Positions 8,890 to 20,065 are shown, counted from the first letter of the stretch. The stretch is 64,000 nucleotides of DNA from Minisyncoccota bacterium (GCA_035500505.1 DATJXE010000003.1:201697-265696), one strand, 5' to 3'. The notes: generated by a model from the letters alone, not told the origin. Program-made: numbers and translations.

Positions 8890-10371
8890 ATGGGGTCGAG
8901 AATTTTTTGGGCGCTTTGCGTTGGATTTTTATGCGGTGTTTTCGTACGTTCGTTCGTGCCGGTCGGATGGAGTTTCGTCGCACTTCTCGCACTGTTCGGA
9001 TCTGCCACCCTCGTTTTTCAGTTCATTGATCGCGAAAAGGCACAAACATATACCGTTGTGGCCGTCACGCTTTTTGCCTGCGCCGCGGGCATCGCTCGGA
9101 TGCATGTCGCTGTTGCGACAGGGGACCCGAGCCTCACGGCTGACCTCGGCAAAAACGTCATACTTGGAGGGATAATTTTGCAGGAGCCTGATGCGCGCGA
9201 TACGACGACGCTCGTAACACTCGACGTTTCCACACTCGTCGGCGCAAACGTGCCCGTACATGCTGGCGTTCTGGTGCAACTTCCTGCACACGCGCGAGTT
9301 GCGTACGGCGAGCATGTACAGGTGTCGGGAACGTTGAAATTACCCGAAGCGTTCGACACGGGGCTCGGCAGGCAATTCGAATATCCGGAGTATTTGGCGG
9401 CGCAAGGCATCCAATACCAACTTGGTTATGCGAAGATCGATTCGATACTCGGGCAAGGTGGAGACCCGATAAAAAAGTTTTCGATACGCACTAAAGAATT
9501 GTTCCTACAGGGGCTCGACTACGTCTTGCCCGACCCGGAGGCGGCGCTCGCAGGAGGGATCACCGTAGGCGATAAACGTTCGGTCGGCCCGGATCTCTCG
9601 AGAGATTTTCAACGCGACTCCCTGGTGCACATGATCGTGCTCTCCGGATACAACATCACGGTCGTTCTGAACGCGGTCGCACGGTTGCTCGCGTGGGCCC
9701 CGAGATCCTTGCAGTTCGGCGGCAGCATTGCAACGGTCGTCTTTTTCATTTGCATGTCGGGGGGAGCGTCGAGCGCGACCCGTGCTGGACTCATGGCGCT
9801 CATCGCCGTATTCGCGCGAGCAACGCACCGCACGTATCTTGGCGAACGTGTGCTCGCGTCCGCATCGCTCGTCATGGTCGCTTGGGATCCGTGGACGCTC
9901 TGCTTCGACCCGAGTTTCCAGCTCTCCGCGCTTGCGACGCTCGGTCTCATTTTGTTCACGCCAACCTTCGCAGGCTGGTTCTCAAGAGTGCCGGAAAAGC
10001 TCGGTGCGCGCGAAATTCTCGCCTCGACCTGCGCGACCCAACTCATGGTGTTGCCGCTTCTCCTCTATCAGAACGGCACGCTTTCGCTTGTCGCCCTTCC
10101 AGCCAACCTTCTAGCGCTTCTTCCCGTACCCTGGGCGATGTTCTTTTCACTCGTCGCGGCGCTCGCTGGGATGCTGTTCGGGGGAATTGCTGCAATGGTC
10201 GCCCTCCCGGCGTACGCACTTCTCTGGTACGTCATTTCCGTCGCGCATCTTTTTGCTTCACTTCCGTTCGCTGCCATATCGATTCCCGCGTTCAGTGCGT
10301 GGTGGATATTCCTTGCATATGCGACGCTTTTGGGGTCGTTTGCGGCCTTCAAAAAGAAAACGGCGGGGTGA
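8890..10371 (+). CDS. comEC: ComEC/Rec2 competence channel core (no C-terminal MBL domain)
   Basis: DUF4131-like N-terminus plus polytopic competence domain ('VHMIVLSGYNITVV'), 493 aa. It ends without a beta-lactamase domain. Confidence 0.7.
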   Translation: MGSRIFWALCVGFLCGVFVRSFVPVGWSFVALLALFGSATLVFQFIDREKAQTYTVVAVTLFACAAGIARMHVAVATGDPSLTADLGKNVILGGIILQEPDARDTTTLVTLDVSTLVGANVPVHAGVLVQLPAHARVAYGEHVQVSGTLKLPEAFDTGLGRQFEYPEYLAAQGIQYQLGYAKIDSILGQGGDPIKKFSIRTKELFLQGLDYVLPDPEAALAGGITVGDKRSVGPDLSRDFQRDSLVHMIVLSGYNITVVLNAVARLLAWAPRSLQFGGSIATVVFFICMSGGASSATRAGLMALIAVFARATHRTYLGERVLASASLVMVAWDPWTLCFDPSFQLSALATLGLILFTPTFAGWFSRVPEKLGAREILASTCATQLMVLPLLLYQNGTLSLVALPANLLALLPVPWAMFFSLVAALAGMLFGGIAAMVALPAYALLWYVISVAHLFASLPFAAISIPAFSAWWIFLAYATLLGSFAAFKKKTAG

Positions 10372-10386
10372 CCGCCGTTTTCTTGA
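10355..10386. terminator. Bidirectional hairpin terminator overlapping the comEC stop
   Basis: aacggcgg-ggtga-ccgccgtt followed by tttcttg. Convergent genes lie on either side. Confidence 0.45.
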
Positions 10387-10399
10387 AGCATCGATGAGA

Positions 10400-10876
10400 T
10401 TACATCGTCCGCTGCGGCATCGATACGCCGATCGAAGATTGCGGCATGTTCGAAGTCTTGCGGTTCATTAGCCAGCCGATGACAACGCCCGGCACGATCC
10501 AGTAGCCGAAGAGAACTGCCGTCGTCCAGCTCCAGAGGAAGGGCCCGAAGTTCGGAAGGACGCTCATGAGCGTCGAAAAGGAAGCGGTCTGGACCAAAAC
10601 GCCCGAGACGCCGGTCACGAACGCGGTCACGATGGATACGACGAAGCCGATGATGCCGAACCAAATGCCGGCTTTGAGAGCCATTGAAGGGGACACCGTC
10701 TTCAAGTACCACCAGGTCATGATGGCGATGAGGACTGCCGCCACCACGATAAAGGTGGCGTACTGGACCGTAAAGGTGCCCGTGCCGGCAGGAACGAACG
10801 CCGCAATGGCAGCGACGACGTTATTGACCAGGTAGTTACCCAAAAACGCGATTAAAATGGCTCGTTCGATTTTCAT
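10400..10876 (-). CDS. Hypothetical membrane protein
   Basis: Four or more TM helices. Start chosen at MKIER to avoid overlap with the SOD gene. Confidence 0.4.
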   Translation of the reverse strand: MKIERAILIAFLGNYLVNNVVAAIAAFVPAGTGTFTVQYATFIVVAAVLIAIMTWWYLKTVSPSMALKAGIWFGIIGFVVSIVTAFVTGVSGVLVQTASFSTLMSVLPNFGPFLWSWTTAVLFGYWIVPGVVIGWLMNRKTSNMPQSSIGVSMPQRTM

Positions 10877-10910
10877 AAAGTGTTTACTATTCCCTAATGC
10901 CCACAGGATA

Positions 10911-11501
10911 TCATGAAATAGGGGCTTCAAAACGCTTTTCCACAACACCCCAATTCAGGTTTTTGAAGAACGCATCCAGATACTTGCCCCTGCCGGAAGC
11001 GCCGTAGTCGAGGATGTAGGCGTGTTCCCACACATCGAGAGCGAGGACGATGGGAAGCGTGACGAAATGTCCTTGATGTTGCTCGCCGGTGAAGCCCGCG
11101 AGGAGCTGCCGACCGTATGCGTCCCAGTAAAGGATCGCCCAACCAGGGCCTCGCAGCGAAGCAACGGCCTTGAAGTAGGGTTCAAAATGTTCGAGCTTTT
11201 GATATTCTTTTTCAAACTGTGCGGCGAGCGCGCTTTTGGGGTCAAGCGCCTTCGCACCGCCTTCGAACTGCGGAAAGTAGTGTTCGTGGAGGCGCATGCC
11301 GCCGAACTCGAACGACCGTCGACGCAGCACCTCGTGAAGCGCCGGCATATACTTCGGGTCCTTCGAAAGTTCGGGCATCAACGCAGAAAGCGCATTGAAA
11401 TTTTTTACGTACCCTTGATAGAGCCCGATATGTTCGTCCATCGTTTTCTTTGAGATGCCCTCGAGCTCGGGAAAGGTGAATGTTTTGGCTTCGTAGTTCA
11501 T
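10911..11501 (-). CDS. Fe/Mn superoxide dismutase
   Basis: 'DVWEHAYILDY' C-terminal signature, and 'HEHYF' / 'EHIGLY' in the ligand positions. Confidence 0.7.
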   Translation of the reverse strand: MNYEAKTFTFPELEGISKKTMDEHIGLYQGYVKNFNALSALMPELSKDPKYMPALHEVLRRRSFEFGGMRLHEHYFPQFEGGAKALDPKSALAAQFEKEYQKLEHFEPYFKAVASLRGPGWAILYWDAYGRQLLAGFTGEQHQGHFVTLPIVLALDVWEHAYILDYGASGRGKYLDAFFKNLNWGVVEKRFEAPIS

Positions 11502-11578
11502 AAAGAAAATCTGAATAACGGGTAGATACGCAAAGTATAGCATCAAGGTTCCTGAAGGTGGCGTGAGAGACTTGCCGG

Positions 11579-12406
11579 ATGCGCAGGAGCGTGAAGGTTC
11601 TCGGAGCCGGCCTTCTCATACTGGCTGCGGCGACCAGTTTGATCTGGTACGCGGATGTACGAGAAGATCATCGCGGAATGCTGGTCGTTTCTTTTCTCGA
11701 CGTCGGAGCCGGAGATGCCGTTTTTATCCAAGCGCCATCGGGTCGGCAAGTATTGGTCGACGGCGGATCTGATGATTCGATATTGCGACAACTGGGCACC
11801 GTGATGCCTTTTTATGACCGCTCTCTCGATGCTGTCGTTGCGACCGCTCCGCTCGTCGACAAAGTCGGCGGGCTCACGAATGTACTCTCGCGTTACACGA
11901 TAGCAACGATAGTCCGCTCCGCGGCACGCTCCGGCGCACCGCAGGTGCAGGCTTTCGATGGCGCCCTCACGAGCGCGGAAGCTCGGGGCACTCGTTTGCT
12001 GGTCGCGCAGCGCGGGCAACTGATCGACCTCGACAGCGGTACATATATGGAAATATTTTTCCCGGATCGCGACGCATCCAACATGGCACCAAGCGACGGT
12101 TGCTTGGTCATGAGGCTCGTATACGGTAGAACATCGTTCTTCTTTTCGTGCGGTCCCCCTGCCCTCGAAAGTTACCTGGCGACGCTGGATGGCACAAAAC
12201 TCAAGTCCGATGTTCTCCTCGCGACAGGCAGGGACCCGGAGCTGTTCGTCGGATTCGTTTCTCCGCAATTCGCCGTCGTACCGCAATCGTGCAACATTGA
12301 AGCGACCTCCTCGGTATTCTCGGAACTTGGCGTCCAAACGCTCGACACCTGTGACGGGTCGGTCACCTTCGTTTCCGATGGGCAGACGGTCAGTACTTCT
12401 ACCTAA
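11579..12406 (+). CDS. Standalone ComEC-type metallo-beta-lactamase-fold domain protein (secreted/anchored)
   Basis: 'LVVSFLDVGAGDAVFIQAPSGRQVLVDGG' matches the ComEC C-terminal lactamase_B start. N-terminal signal/anchor present. Confidence 0.6.
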   Translation: MRRSVKVLGAGLLILAAATSLIWYADVREDHRGMLVVSFLDVGAGDAVFIQAPSGRQVLVDGGSDDSILRQLGTVMPFYDRSLDAVVATAPLVDKVGGLTNVLSRYTIATIVRSAARSGAPQVQAFDGALTSAEARGTRLLVAQRGQLIDLDSGTYMEIFFPDRDASNMAPSDGCLVMRLVYGRTSFFFSCGPPALESYLATLDGTKLKSDVLLATGRDPELFVGFVSPQFAVVPQSCNIEATSSVFSELGVQTLDTCDGSVTFVSDGQTVSTST

Positions 12407-12648
12407 CTAACGATCCCTGCAGCTTTGAGCGTTTTATATGCGCCGCGCTTTTTCATCGTTTTGAGCCCTTTCGTCGAAACGTTGATGGTTATCTTCCTGC
12501 CGAGCTCCGGCACGAAAATGGTTTTCTTTTGGATATTTACCTGACGGCGGCGAGCACCGGTCGGGTTGAACTTGGTCGCACGCGTGCGGTTGGAATACCC
12601 ACCGCCGACCTGGGACTTCTTGCCTGTTATGTCGCACACTTTTGCCAT
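12403..12648 (-). CDS. rpmB: 50S ribosomal protein L28
   Basis: 'MAKVCDITGKK...GGYSNRTRATKFNP' L28 signature. Confidence 0.75.
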   Translation of the reverse strand: MAKVCDITGKKSQVGGGYSNRTRATKFNPTGARRRQVNIQKKTIFVPELGRKITINVSTKGLKTMKKRGAYKTLKAAGIVS

Positions 12649-12706
12649 ACGTCGGCGCACTATACACAAAGAGACGTGAGCTGGCAATCCGGCTATACTT
12701 CAATGT

Positions 12707-13171
12707 ATGGGCAATCCGGAGCAACCGTCGTGGACCAATAAGAAGGGGTGGGCGCGCGCCGAAGATGCAGAAAAGCTGCTCGGGCCGGAAGAGGTGCAGC
12801 GGATACGCGACAAAAGAAAGCAAGAGCGCGAGACGCTGAGTTCTATGGATAAAATAGTGTTTGCCGAATATTATGAACACGTTAAAGAACTCGGTGGCGT
12901 TTTTGCGTACACGTATAACATAGATAAATACGGAAACTTAATTGATCCTGGAGACGGAATAGGGCCAGACCTACTTTCTTGCTCTCCATCCGAGGCGAAG
13001 AACATTGAAGGCAGGTTAGCGTATTGTTGTACAGCGGAAGACATTCGCGCAGGTGCCGCCGCGCTCACGCGGTCTTACCCGGACATGGAGTTCAGTTTCG
13101 AAGAGGATAGAACGAAGCGAACACTGGCGTATACCGTTACGCTGAAAAAGGAAGAGGGACCCGGAATTTAG
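12707..13171 (+). CDS. Hypothetical protein
   Basis: 154-aa ORF. TATACT lies 7 nt upstream of ATG (leaderless-type). No recognisable motif. Confidence 0.4.
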   Translation: MGNPEQPSWTNKKGWARAEDAEKLLGPEEVQRIRDKRKQERETLSSMDKIVFAEYYEHVKELGGVFAYTYNIDKYGNLIDPGDGIGPDLLSCSPSEAKNIEGRLAYCCTAEDIRAGAAALTRSYPDMEFSFEEDRTKRTLAYTVTLKKEEGPGI

Positions 13172-13192
13172 CAGAGTTGCTATACTGGCCCG

Positions 13193-13825
13193 ATGGATAT
13201 CACCGCCGATGTTTTCATCATCGTCATCGTCATATTCTCCGCCATCATCCACGAGGTGATGCACGGCGTTGCGGCCGATTACCTTGGCGACAAGACCGCG
13301 CGCTATGCCGGTCGCCTTACCCTCAACCCCATCCCGCACATCGATCCGTTCGGCTCCATTCTCTTGCCGCTTCTCCTCGCGTTATCGGGCTCTCCGATAT
13401 TTTTCGGTTGGGCCAAGCCGGTGCCATACAATCCCTACAACTTGCGGCCAGGACGATTCAGCGAGGCCATCGTCGCGGGGGCCGGACCTGCGTCAAACCT
13501 TGTCATCGCGCTCATCTTTGGTGCGATCGTTCGGTTTCAAGTTCTTGGCCCGACGGTCAATACGGCGCTCTTCCTCGTGGTCGTCATCAACGTCATGCTC
13601 TGCATCTTCAACCTCATTCCGATCCCGCCCCTGGACGGCTCCAAGGTGCTTGAAGCTCTCCTGCCTCGCTCTTGGCAGTACGGCTACTCCCGCTGGCGTC
13701 GGAGCATGGAGATGAATCCTTTCATCGGTATGGTATTGGTCGTCATCATTATCCTCCTTCTAGGCGGCGCGTTCAGTAACCTTATATATGCAGTTGCGAG
13801 CGGTATTGCGGGCTTTTCTTTGTAA
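13193..13825 (+). CDS. Peptidase M50 (site-2 protease) family membrane metalloprotease
   Basis: 'HEVMHG' HExxH in the first TM region, LDG motif 'PIPPLDGSKV', polytopic. TGCTATACT lies 6 nt upstream of ATG. Confidence 0.7.
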   Translation: MDITADVFIIVIVIFSAIIHEVMHGVAADYLGDKTARYAGRLTLNPIPHIDPFGSILLPLLLALSGSPIFFGWAKPVPYNPYNLRPGRFSEAIVAGAGPASNLVIALIFGAIVRFQVLGPTVNTALFLVVVINVMLCIFNLIPIPPLDGSKVLEALLPRSWQYGYSRWRRSMEMNPFIGMVLVVIIILLLGGAFSNLIYAVASGIAGFSL

Positions 13826-13885
13826 AAGCAAAAGAAGAATGCGCCCCCTATATGGAAGGCGCATTCTAGCCGCTCGAAGTGAAAA

Positions 13886-14287
13886 TTAGGCGGCTTTTGC
13901 CATAAGGCGATACGAATCGATAACCATTCTCCAAGCAAGATTCATGCTGCGGTTATCCAGCGAAATCGGTACCGTGAATCCGACGCCGACGGGACCGTAG
14001 CGAAGCTTCTCAGGTGCATCGTAGAAGTTGCCGAACACTTGAGCCAAGGCACACGCGCGATCCGACTCGATCTTGAGCGCTTTCGGATCTAATCGCGCGA
14101 CCGACCCCGGGACTTCGCGTTCTAGCGCTTCCGCACTACGGCGAGCATAGACCAGGGCGCTTTCGAGTCGTTTTGCTTTCCTCTCGGCCAAGGAAGCGCG
14201 ATAGTTGTCGACCCAAGAAAAGATCCTTCGAGCAAACGAAGGCGTCTTCGGCGTTGTCTGAAAGGGTAGGGCAAGTGCGGTGTTCAT
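13886..14287 (-). CDS. Hypothetical protein
   Basis: 133-aa ORF with no motif recognised. Confidence 0.3.
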   Translation of the reverse strand: MNTALALPFQTTPKTPSFARRIFSWVDNYRASLAERKAKRLESALVYARRSAEALEREVPGSVARLDPKALKIESDRACALAQVFGNFYDAPEKLRYGPVGVGFTVPISLDNRSMNLAWRMVIDSYRLMAKAA

Positions 14288-14383
14288 GTGTTCGTCCTCG
14301 TATTTCCGGGAGCTTATGCTCCCGGTCCGCTAAAAGCCTGCCATATCTTGCGTTTGTATTCAATAGATAGTACACTCGCCGAG

Positions 14384-14413
14384 TCCCCGTCGGGGATTTT
14401 TAGTTGAAACATG
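14384..14413 (+). promoter_or_regulatory. GC hairpin + U5 immediately upstream of rpsL start
   Basis: tcccc-gtc-gggga-ttttt ends 9 nt before the ATG. It could occlude an SD-like GGGGA. Confidence 0.3.
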
Positions 14414-14827
14414 GCCACAATAAACCAACTCACCCGCAAAGGCCGCACGGCCCGCCGCGGCAAGGACAAGACCATCGCGCTCTCGCGTGGCTTTAACACG
14501 CTCAAAAATCGCCCCACCTTCTATTCCTCGCCCTTCAAGCGCGGCGTCTGCACCCAGGTAACGACGAAAACCCCCCGCAAACCGAACTCCGCCATCCGCA
14601 AGATCGCGCGTGTTCGTCTCACCAACGGCATGGAGATTACCGCTTACATTCCGGGCGAAGGACACAACTTGCAAGAACACTCGGTCGTGTTGGTGCGCGG
14701 TGGGCGCGTGAAGGACATCGGTATCCGCTACACCATCGTGCGCGGCAAACTCGACACTGCCGGCATCGACAAGCGCCGTCGCGGCCGCTCGCTCTATGGC
14801 GCGAAGAAACCGAAGGGGGAGAAATAA
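14411..14827 (+). CDS. rpsL: 30S ribosomal protein S12
   Basis: '[12 protein letters not shown]', '[31 protein letters not shown]'. Carries a ~14-aa insertion and a C-terminal extension. Confidence 0.9.
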   Translation: MATINQLTRKGRTARRGKDKTIALSRGFNTLKNRPTFYSSPFKRGVCTQVTTKTPRKPNSAIRKIARVRLTNGMEITAYIPGEGHNLQEHSVVLVRGGRVKDIGIRYTIVRGKLDTAGIDKRRRGRSLYGAKKPKGEK

Positions 14828-14830
14828 TAT

Positions 14831-15292
14831 ATGCGACGCCCCGTCAAAAATCGTAAACCAGTGCAGCCGGACGAAGTCTACGGCTCCGTGAAAGTATCGA
14901 AGCTCATCAATTATGTGATGGAGCGCGGCAAGAAGGACACCGCGCGCAAGATCGTCTACAAGGTGATGGAAGACCTTAAGAAAGACGGCGACCCTGTCGC
15001 GCTCTTGGAGCAGGCGCTCGAAAATGCATCGCCGACCGTCGAAGTCCGCTCACGTCGCGTCGGTGGTGCCAACTACCAGGTGCCGCGCGAGGTCAACCCC
15101 AATCGCCGCTTGAGTTTGGGCATGCGCTGGATAGTGGAAGCTGCGGAGGGCACGAAAGGTAAGCCGATGAACGAGTCGCTTTTGAATGAACTCAAAGCCG
15201 CCATCAAGAACGAGGGTGTAGCCGTCACCAAGAAAGAAACGACGCACCGCATGGCAGAGGCAAATAAAGCCTTCGCACACTTCGCCTGGTAA
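14831..15292 (+). CDS. rpsG: 30S ribosomal protein S7
   Basis: 'ANYQVPREV', 'RMAEANKAFAHF' S7 signatures, 153 aa. Confidence 0.9.
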   Translation: MRRPVKNRKPVQPDEVYGSVKVSKLINYVMERGKKDTARKIVYKVMEDLKKDGDPVALLEQALENASPTVEVRSRRVGGANYQVPREVNPNRRLSLGMRWIVEAAEGTKGKPMNESLLNELKAAIKNEGVAVTKKETTHRMAEANKAFAHFAW

Positions 15293-15314
15293 GTGCAGTT
15301 GTGCACTCGACCCC

Positions 15315-15341
15315 AAAAACCCCGCTTGGAGCGGGGTTTTT
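15315..15341. terminator. Rho-independent terminator after rpsG (bidirectional)
   Basis: aaaaaccccgc-ttgga-gcggggttttt, a perfect 11-bp stem with an A-run/U-run on both sides. Confidence 0.75.
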
Positions 15342-15359
15342 GGCGCTACAATAAATCTT

Positions 15360-15902
15360 ATGAAGCGGTACTTTATCGAGGAGTCACCGTTCTCGTATTT
15401 TTTCACCGCCGACACGCGAAGTGCGGGCCTGTGGTTCCTGGTACGCCTCTATCTCGCGTGGCAATGGTTGCAGGCCGGATGGGAGAAGCTGCACGATGCT
15501 GCGTGGGTGGGTGCCAGTGCGGGTACCGCGCTTTCCGGTTTTGTACAGGGAGCACTCGCCAAAACGACCGGCGCGCACCCGGACGTGCAAGGCTGGTACG
15601 CCTCGTTTTTGCAGACTTTTGTTCTGCCGCATGCCGCATTGTTCTCGCATCTCGTCGCGTGGGGAGAATTTTTGGTGGGGGTCGCGCTTGTCATCGGCTT
15701 CCTCACGGGCTTGTCGGCTTTCTTCGGCATCTTTATGAACCTCAACTACCTCCTTGCCGGAGCCGTGAGCGTGAATCCCATCATGTATACCCTCGGCATC
15801 GGGGTCGTGCTCGCGTGGCGCGTCGCCGGGTATTGGGGCGCGGATCGCTACGTGCTCCCGCTCTTGAGCAAGTATCTGCGGCCGCGTCTGCGGGAAGGAT
15901 GA
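15360..15902 (+). CDS. DoxX-family membrane protein
   Basis: 'RLYLAWQWLQAGWEKL' and 'AWGEFLVGVALVIGFLTG' match the DoxX/DoxD fold, 4 TM. Inserted between rpsG and fusA; TACAAT lies 7 nt upstream of ATG. Confidence 0.5.
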   Translation: MKRYFIEESPFSYFFTADTRSAGLWFLVRLYLAWQWLQAGWEKLHDAAWVGASAGTALSGFVQGALAKTTGAHPDVQGWYASFLQTFVLPHAALFSHLVAWGEFLVGVALVIGFLTGLSAFFGIFMNLNYLLAGAVSVNPIMYTLGIGVVLAWRVAGYWGADRYVLPLLSKYLRPRLREG

Positions 15903-15940
15903 ATTTCTTGCACTTTCTATTAAATCGGCTACATTACTGA

Positions 15941-15965
15941 AACGCCTCCGGGCGTTTTCTTTATG
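15941..15965 (+). promoter_or_regulatory. Leader hairpin (aacgcc-tccg-ggcgtt) + U-tract ending at fusA ATG
   Basis: A TTGCAC-16-TACATT promoter-like element lies upstream. The hairpin abuts the start codon and there is no SD. Confidence 0.4.
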
Positions 15966-18104
15966 GCACGAGACTATCCGTTGGAAAAAGTACGCAATTT
16001 TGGAATAGTGGCGCACGTAGACGCCGGTAAAACGACCACGTCCGAACGAATCCTTTACTACACCGGCGAGAGCCACAAGATCGGTGAGGTGCACGAGGGG
16101 AATACCGTAACCGACTGGATGGAACAGGAGCGCGAGCGCGGCATCACCATCACTGCCGCCGCCATCACCTGTTTTTGGAATCCGACCTACATGGGTACGG
16201 ATATTTCGCAAAAAGTCCGCTTCAACATCATCGACACGCCCGGACACATCGACTTCACCTCGGAAGTGAAGCGCTCCATGCGCGTACTCGACGGTGCGGT
16301 TGTCGTCTTTGACGGCGTTGCCGGCGTCGAGCCGCAATCGGAGACCAACTGGCGCTACGCGGAGGAGGCCAACGTGCCGCGCATCTGCTACATCAACAAA
16401 CTCGACCGCACCGGCGCATCATTCGAGAAATCCTACGCATCCATCCTCGATCGGCTTTCAAAAAAAGCGGTGCGCCTGCAGATCCCTGTCGGCGCGGAGG
16501 ATCAGTTCGAAGGCGTCATCGATCTTCTCAGCATGAAGGCATACAAGTTCGAAGGAGAAATGGGCAAGAACGTGATCGCCTACGATATTCCCGCCAATCT
16601 CATGGATGAAGCGAAGAAGTACCGCGCAGAATTGGTAGAACGCATCGTCGAAAATGATGACGTGGTCATGGCGGATTTCCTCGACGGCAAAGAAATTTCG
16701 TACGATGTCCTCAAGAAAACCCTCCGCAAAGGTGTCGTCGCGAATCAAATTTTCCCTGTCTTGACGGGTTCAAGCCTCAAAAACAAAGGGGTGCAACTCG
16801 TCCTTGATGCGGTCGTCGATTACCTCCCGTCGCCTCTGGATGTGCCGCCGGCGAAAGGTCACAACACGGATACCGGCGCAGAAGAAACTCGCCCAGCTTC
16901 CGACGAAGCTCCATTTTCCGCACTTGTGTTCAAAATTCAGACCGATCCGTTCGTCGGCCAGCTTTCGTTTTTCCGCGTCTATTCAGGAACCTTCGAAGCG
17001 GGCCAGACCATCTACGACTCCGCCAACAACAAGAAAGAACGCGTGGGACGCATCGTGCGATTACAGGCGGATAAACGCGAAGACGTGAAGACGGTCTACG
17101 CCGGCGAGATCGCCGCGGCGGTGGGCATGAAGGAAGTGAAGATCGGCCACACGCTCTGTGATGCGGATCACCCGATCGCGCTTGAATCCATCGTATTTCC
17201 CGAGCCTGTCGTTTCGATGCGTGTTGAGCCCAATACCAAAGCCGACCAGGAACGCATGGGCATGGCGCTTTCGAAGCTTTCCGACGAAGACCCGACATTC
17301 CGCGTTAAGTCCGATGCCGAGACAGGGGAGACCATCATTTCCGGCATGGGCGAATTGCACCTTGAGATCATCATCGATCGTATGAAGCGCGAGTTCAATG
17401 TGCAGGCGACGACCGGGAAGCCACAGGTCGCCTATCGCGAGACCATCCAGGGCACGAGCGACACGGAGTACAAACACATCAAGCAAACGGGCGGTCGCGG
17501 TCAGTACGGTCACGTGAAGATAAAGATGAAACCGCTCGAGCCGGTCGACCCGGACAAGAAGGTGAAGAACAATGTCGATCGCGAGGAACATTTCGAATTC
17601 ATCAACGACATTAAAGGTGGTGTCATCCCGCAGGAGTTCATTCAGCCGGTCAAAAAGGGCATCAAAGAAGCAATGGACCGCGGCGTCTTGGCGGGATTCC
17701 CCGTCGTCGACGTCTCTGTCGACCTCTATGACGGTTCCTATCACGACGTCGACTCGTCCGAAATCGCGTTCAAGCTGGCTGCCATCAACGCGTTCCAGGA
17801 GGGAATGAAAAAGGCGAAGCCGGTCATTCTCGAACCGATAATGAAATTGGAGGTCGTCGTGCCGGAGAAATTCATGGGCGACGTGACCGGCATGATAAAT
17901 TCCAAGCGCGGCGCGATAGAAGCGATGGGGGAGCGTGGACAAGCGCGCGTCATCACCGCCAAAGTGCCGCTCTCGGAACTTTTCGGCTTCACCACGCAGC
18001 TTCGTTCCGCTACCGAAGGCCGCGGTGTCCCCAACCTCGAATTCAGCCACTACGCGGTCGTTCCGCGCAATGTGCAGGAAGAGATCGTCGCGTCCAGGAA
18101 GTAA
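15963..18104 (+). CDS. fusA: Elongation factor G
   Basis: '[12 protein letters not shown]', 'DTPGHIDFT' G-domain, 713 aa. Confidence 0.95.
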   Translation: MARDYPLEKVRNFGIVAHVDAGKTTTSERILYYTGESHKIGEVHEGNTVTDWMEQERERGITITAAAITCFWNPTYMGTDISQKVRFNIIDTPGHIDFTSEVKRSMRVLDGAVVVFDGVAGVEPQSETNWRYAEEANVPRICYINKLDRTGASFEKSYASILDRLSKKAVRLQIPVGAEDQFEGVIDLLSMKAYKFEGEMGKNVIAYDIPANLMDEAKKYRAELVERIVENDDVVMADFLDGKEISYDVLKKTLRKGVVANQIFPVLTGSSLKNKGVQLVLDAVVDYLPSPLDVPPAKGHNTDTGAEETRPASDEAPFSALVFKIQTDPFVGQLSFFRVYSGTFEAGQTIYDSANNKKERVGRIVRLQADKREDVKTVYAGEIAAAVGMKEVKIGHTLCDADHPIALESIVFPEPVVSMRVEPNTKADQERMGMALSKLSDEDPTFRVKSDAETGETIISGMGELHLEIIIDRMKREFNVQATTGKPQVAYRETIQGTSDTEYKHIKQTGGRGQYGHVKIKMKPLEPVDPDKKVKNNVDREEHFEFINDIKGGVIPQEFIQPVKKGIKEAMDRGVLAGFPVVDVSVDLYDGSYHDVDSSEIAFKLAAINAFQEGMKKAKPVILEPIMKLEVVVPEKFMGDVTGMINSKRGAIEAMGERGQARVITAKVPLSELFGFTTQLRSATEGRGVPNLEFSHYAVVPRNVQEEIVASRK

Positions 18105-18112
18105 TAAAAAGA

Positions 18113-18147
18113 CGAGGCCGTCGGCTTTACGCCGACGGCCTTTCGTT
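18113..18147. terminator. Bidirectional rho-independent terminator after fusA
   Basis: aggccgtcggc-tttac-gccgacggcct-ttcgtt. Confidence 0.65.
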
Positions 18148-18160
18148 AGTGCGCTCAGGG

Positions 18161-18562
18161 TCAATTCAAGCTGATTCCCGGAGGCCTCTGACCCACGCCG
18201 CGCTTCATGTTGAAGTTCTGCCCACCGACGAACGACTCCATGCAGTTTTGTCCGAGCGCATAGGTTAGTACGCGCAGCAGTTCATCGACGGCATTTTTTG
18301 TGCTCTCTTTGTCCGCTGGCGAAGTCCCGAACAGCACGAAGATTCCCGTTTCTTTCGTGTCGGAAAGCCATTTACCGTGAATCGTGAGCGGAAATTCATT
18401 TCGAGCCGCGCGCATCACGCAAAAAGTCGCGGCGACAGCCTTGATCTCATCGTCAGTGTGTATTTTTCCGGGCTCGATTTCGTCTGTGACGCAGCATAGA
18501 ATCGTCCAACCCACCTCCGACTTGCTCTGTTCCGGTAGTTCGACTCGCGGGCGCTCGTTCAT
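18161..18562 (-). CDS. Hypothetical protein
   Basis: About 133 aa from MNERPR. Convergent with fusA, no motif recognised. Confidence 0.3.
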   Translation of the reverse strand: MNERPRVELPEQSKSEVGWTILCCVTDEIEPGKIHTDDEIKAVAATFCVMRAARNEFPLTIHGKWLSDTKETGIFVLFGTSPADKESTKNAVDELLRVLTYALGQNCMESFVGGQNFNMKRGVGQRPPGISLN

Positions 18563-18657
18563 CGGACTTTCTCCGTTATCCGTCAGTCCACCACAACTTC
18601 GATTATGGCACATATAAAATTAACAGTCAATGAAGGCAGAGAAACCTGCTGACAAAG

Positions 18658-18720
18658 CCTTGACGCTCCAAAGCATTCTGCTACTATGTCGCCACGCACG
18701 CTCCGTGCGTATTCTTTTGC
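18658..18720 (+). promoter_or_regulatory. Sigma70-like promoter (TTGACG-16-TGCTACTAT) and 5' hairpin + U-tract leader of tuf
   Basis: Hexamers read directly. acgcacg-ctcc-cgtgcgt followed by attcttttg at the predicted 5' end. The leader is ~155 nt. Confidence 0.4.
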
Positions 18721-18845
18721 CTGAAACTTCGACTCGTGCGGATTAGCGACCCGCGTGACGCGAGCGAACGTGAAGCGAAGGATCCTGGAGCACCACTTAC
18801 TGCGTTGGCAATTAATAATTACAAGCTAATTTTTTTGTCAAAAAT

Positions 18846-20045
<1,200 letters not shown>

Positions 20046-20065
20046 TTCTCTCTAGAATTAAGCCA

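Noticed and set aside
11543-12337. 264-aa minus-strand ORF fully overlapping the ComEC-type MBL gene
   Set aside because: The plus-strand frame carries a recognisable lactamase_B/ComEC signature. The minus-strand frame is Arg/Gly-rich with no motif, as is typical of antisense ORFs in GC-rich DNA.
15384-16337. 317-aa minus-strand ORF spanning DoxX/fusA
   Set aside because: It overlaps two well-supported plus-strand genes and a terminator, and has no motif.
17061-18164. 367-aa minus-strand ORF
   Set aside because: It is antisense to fusA, which is unambiguous. Arg/Asp/Val-rich shadow ORF.
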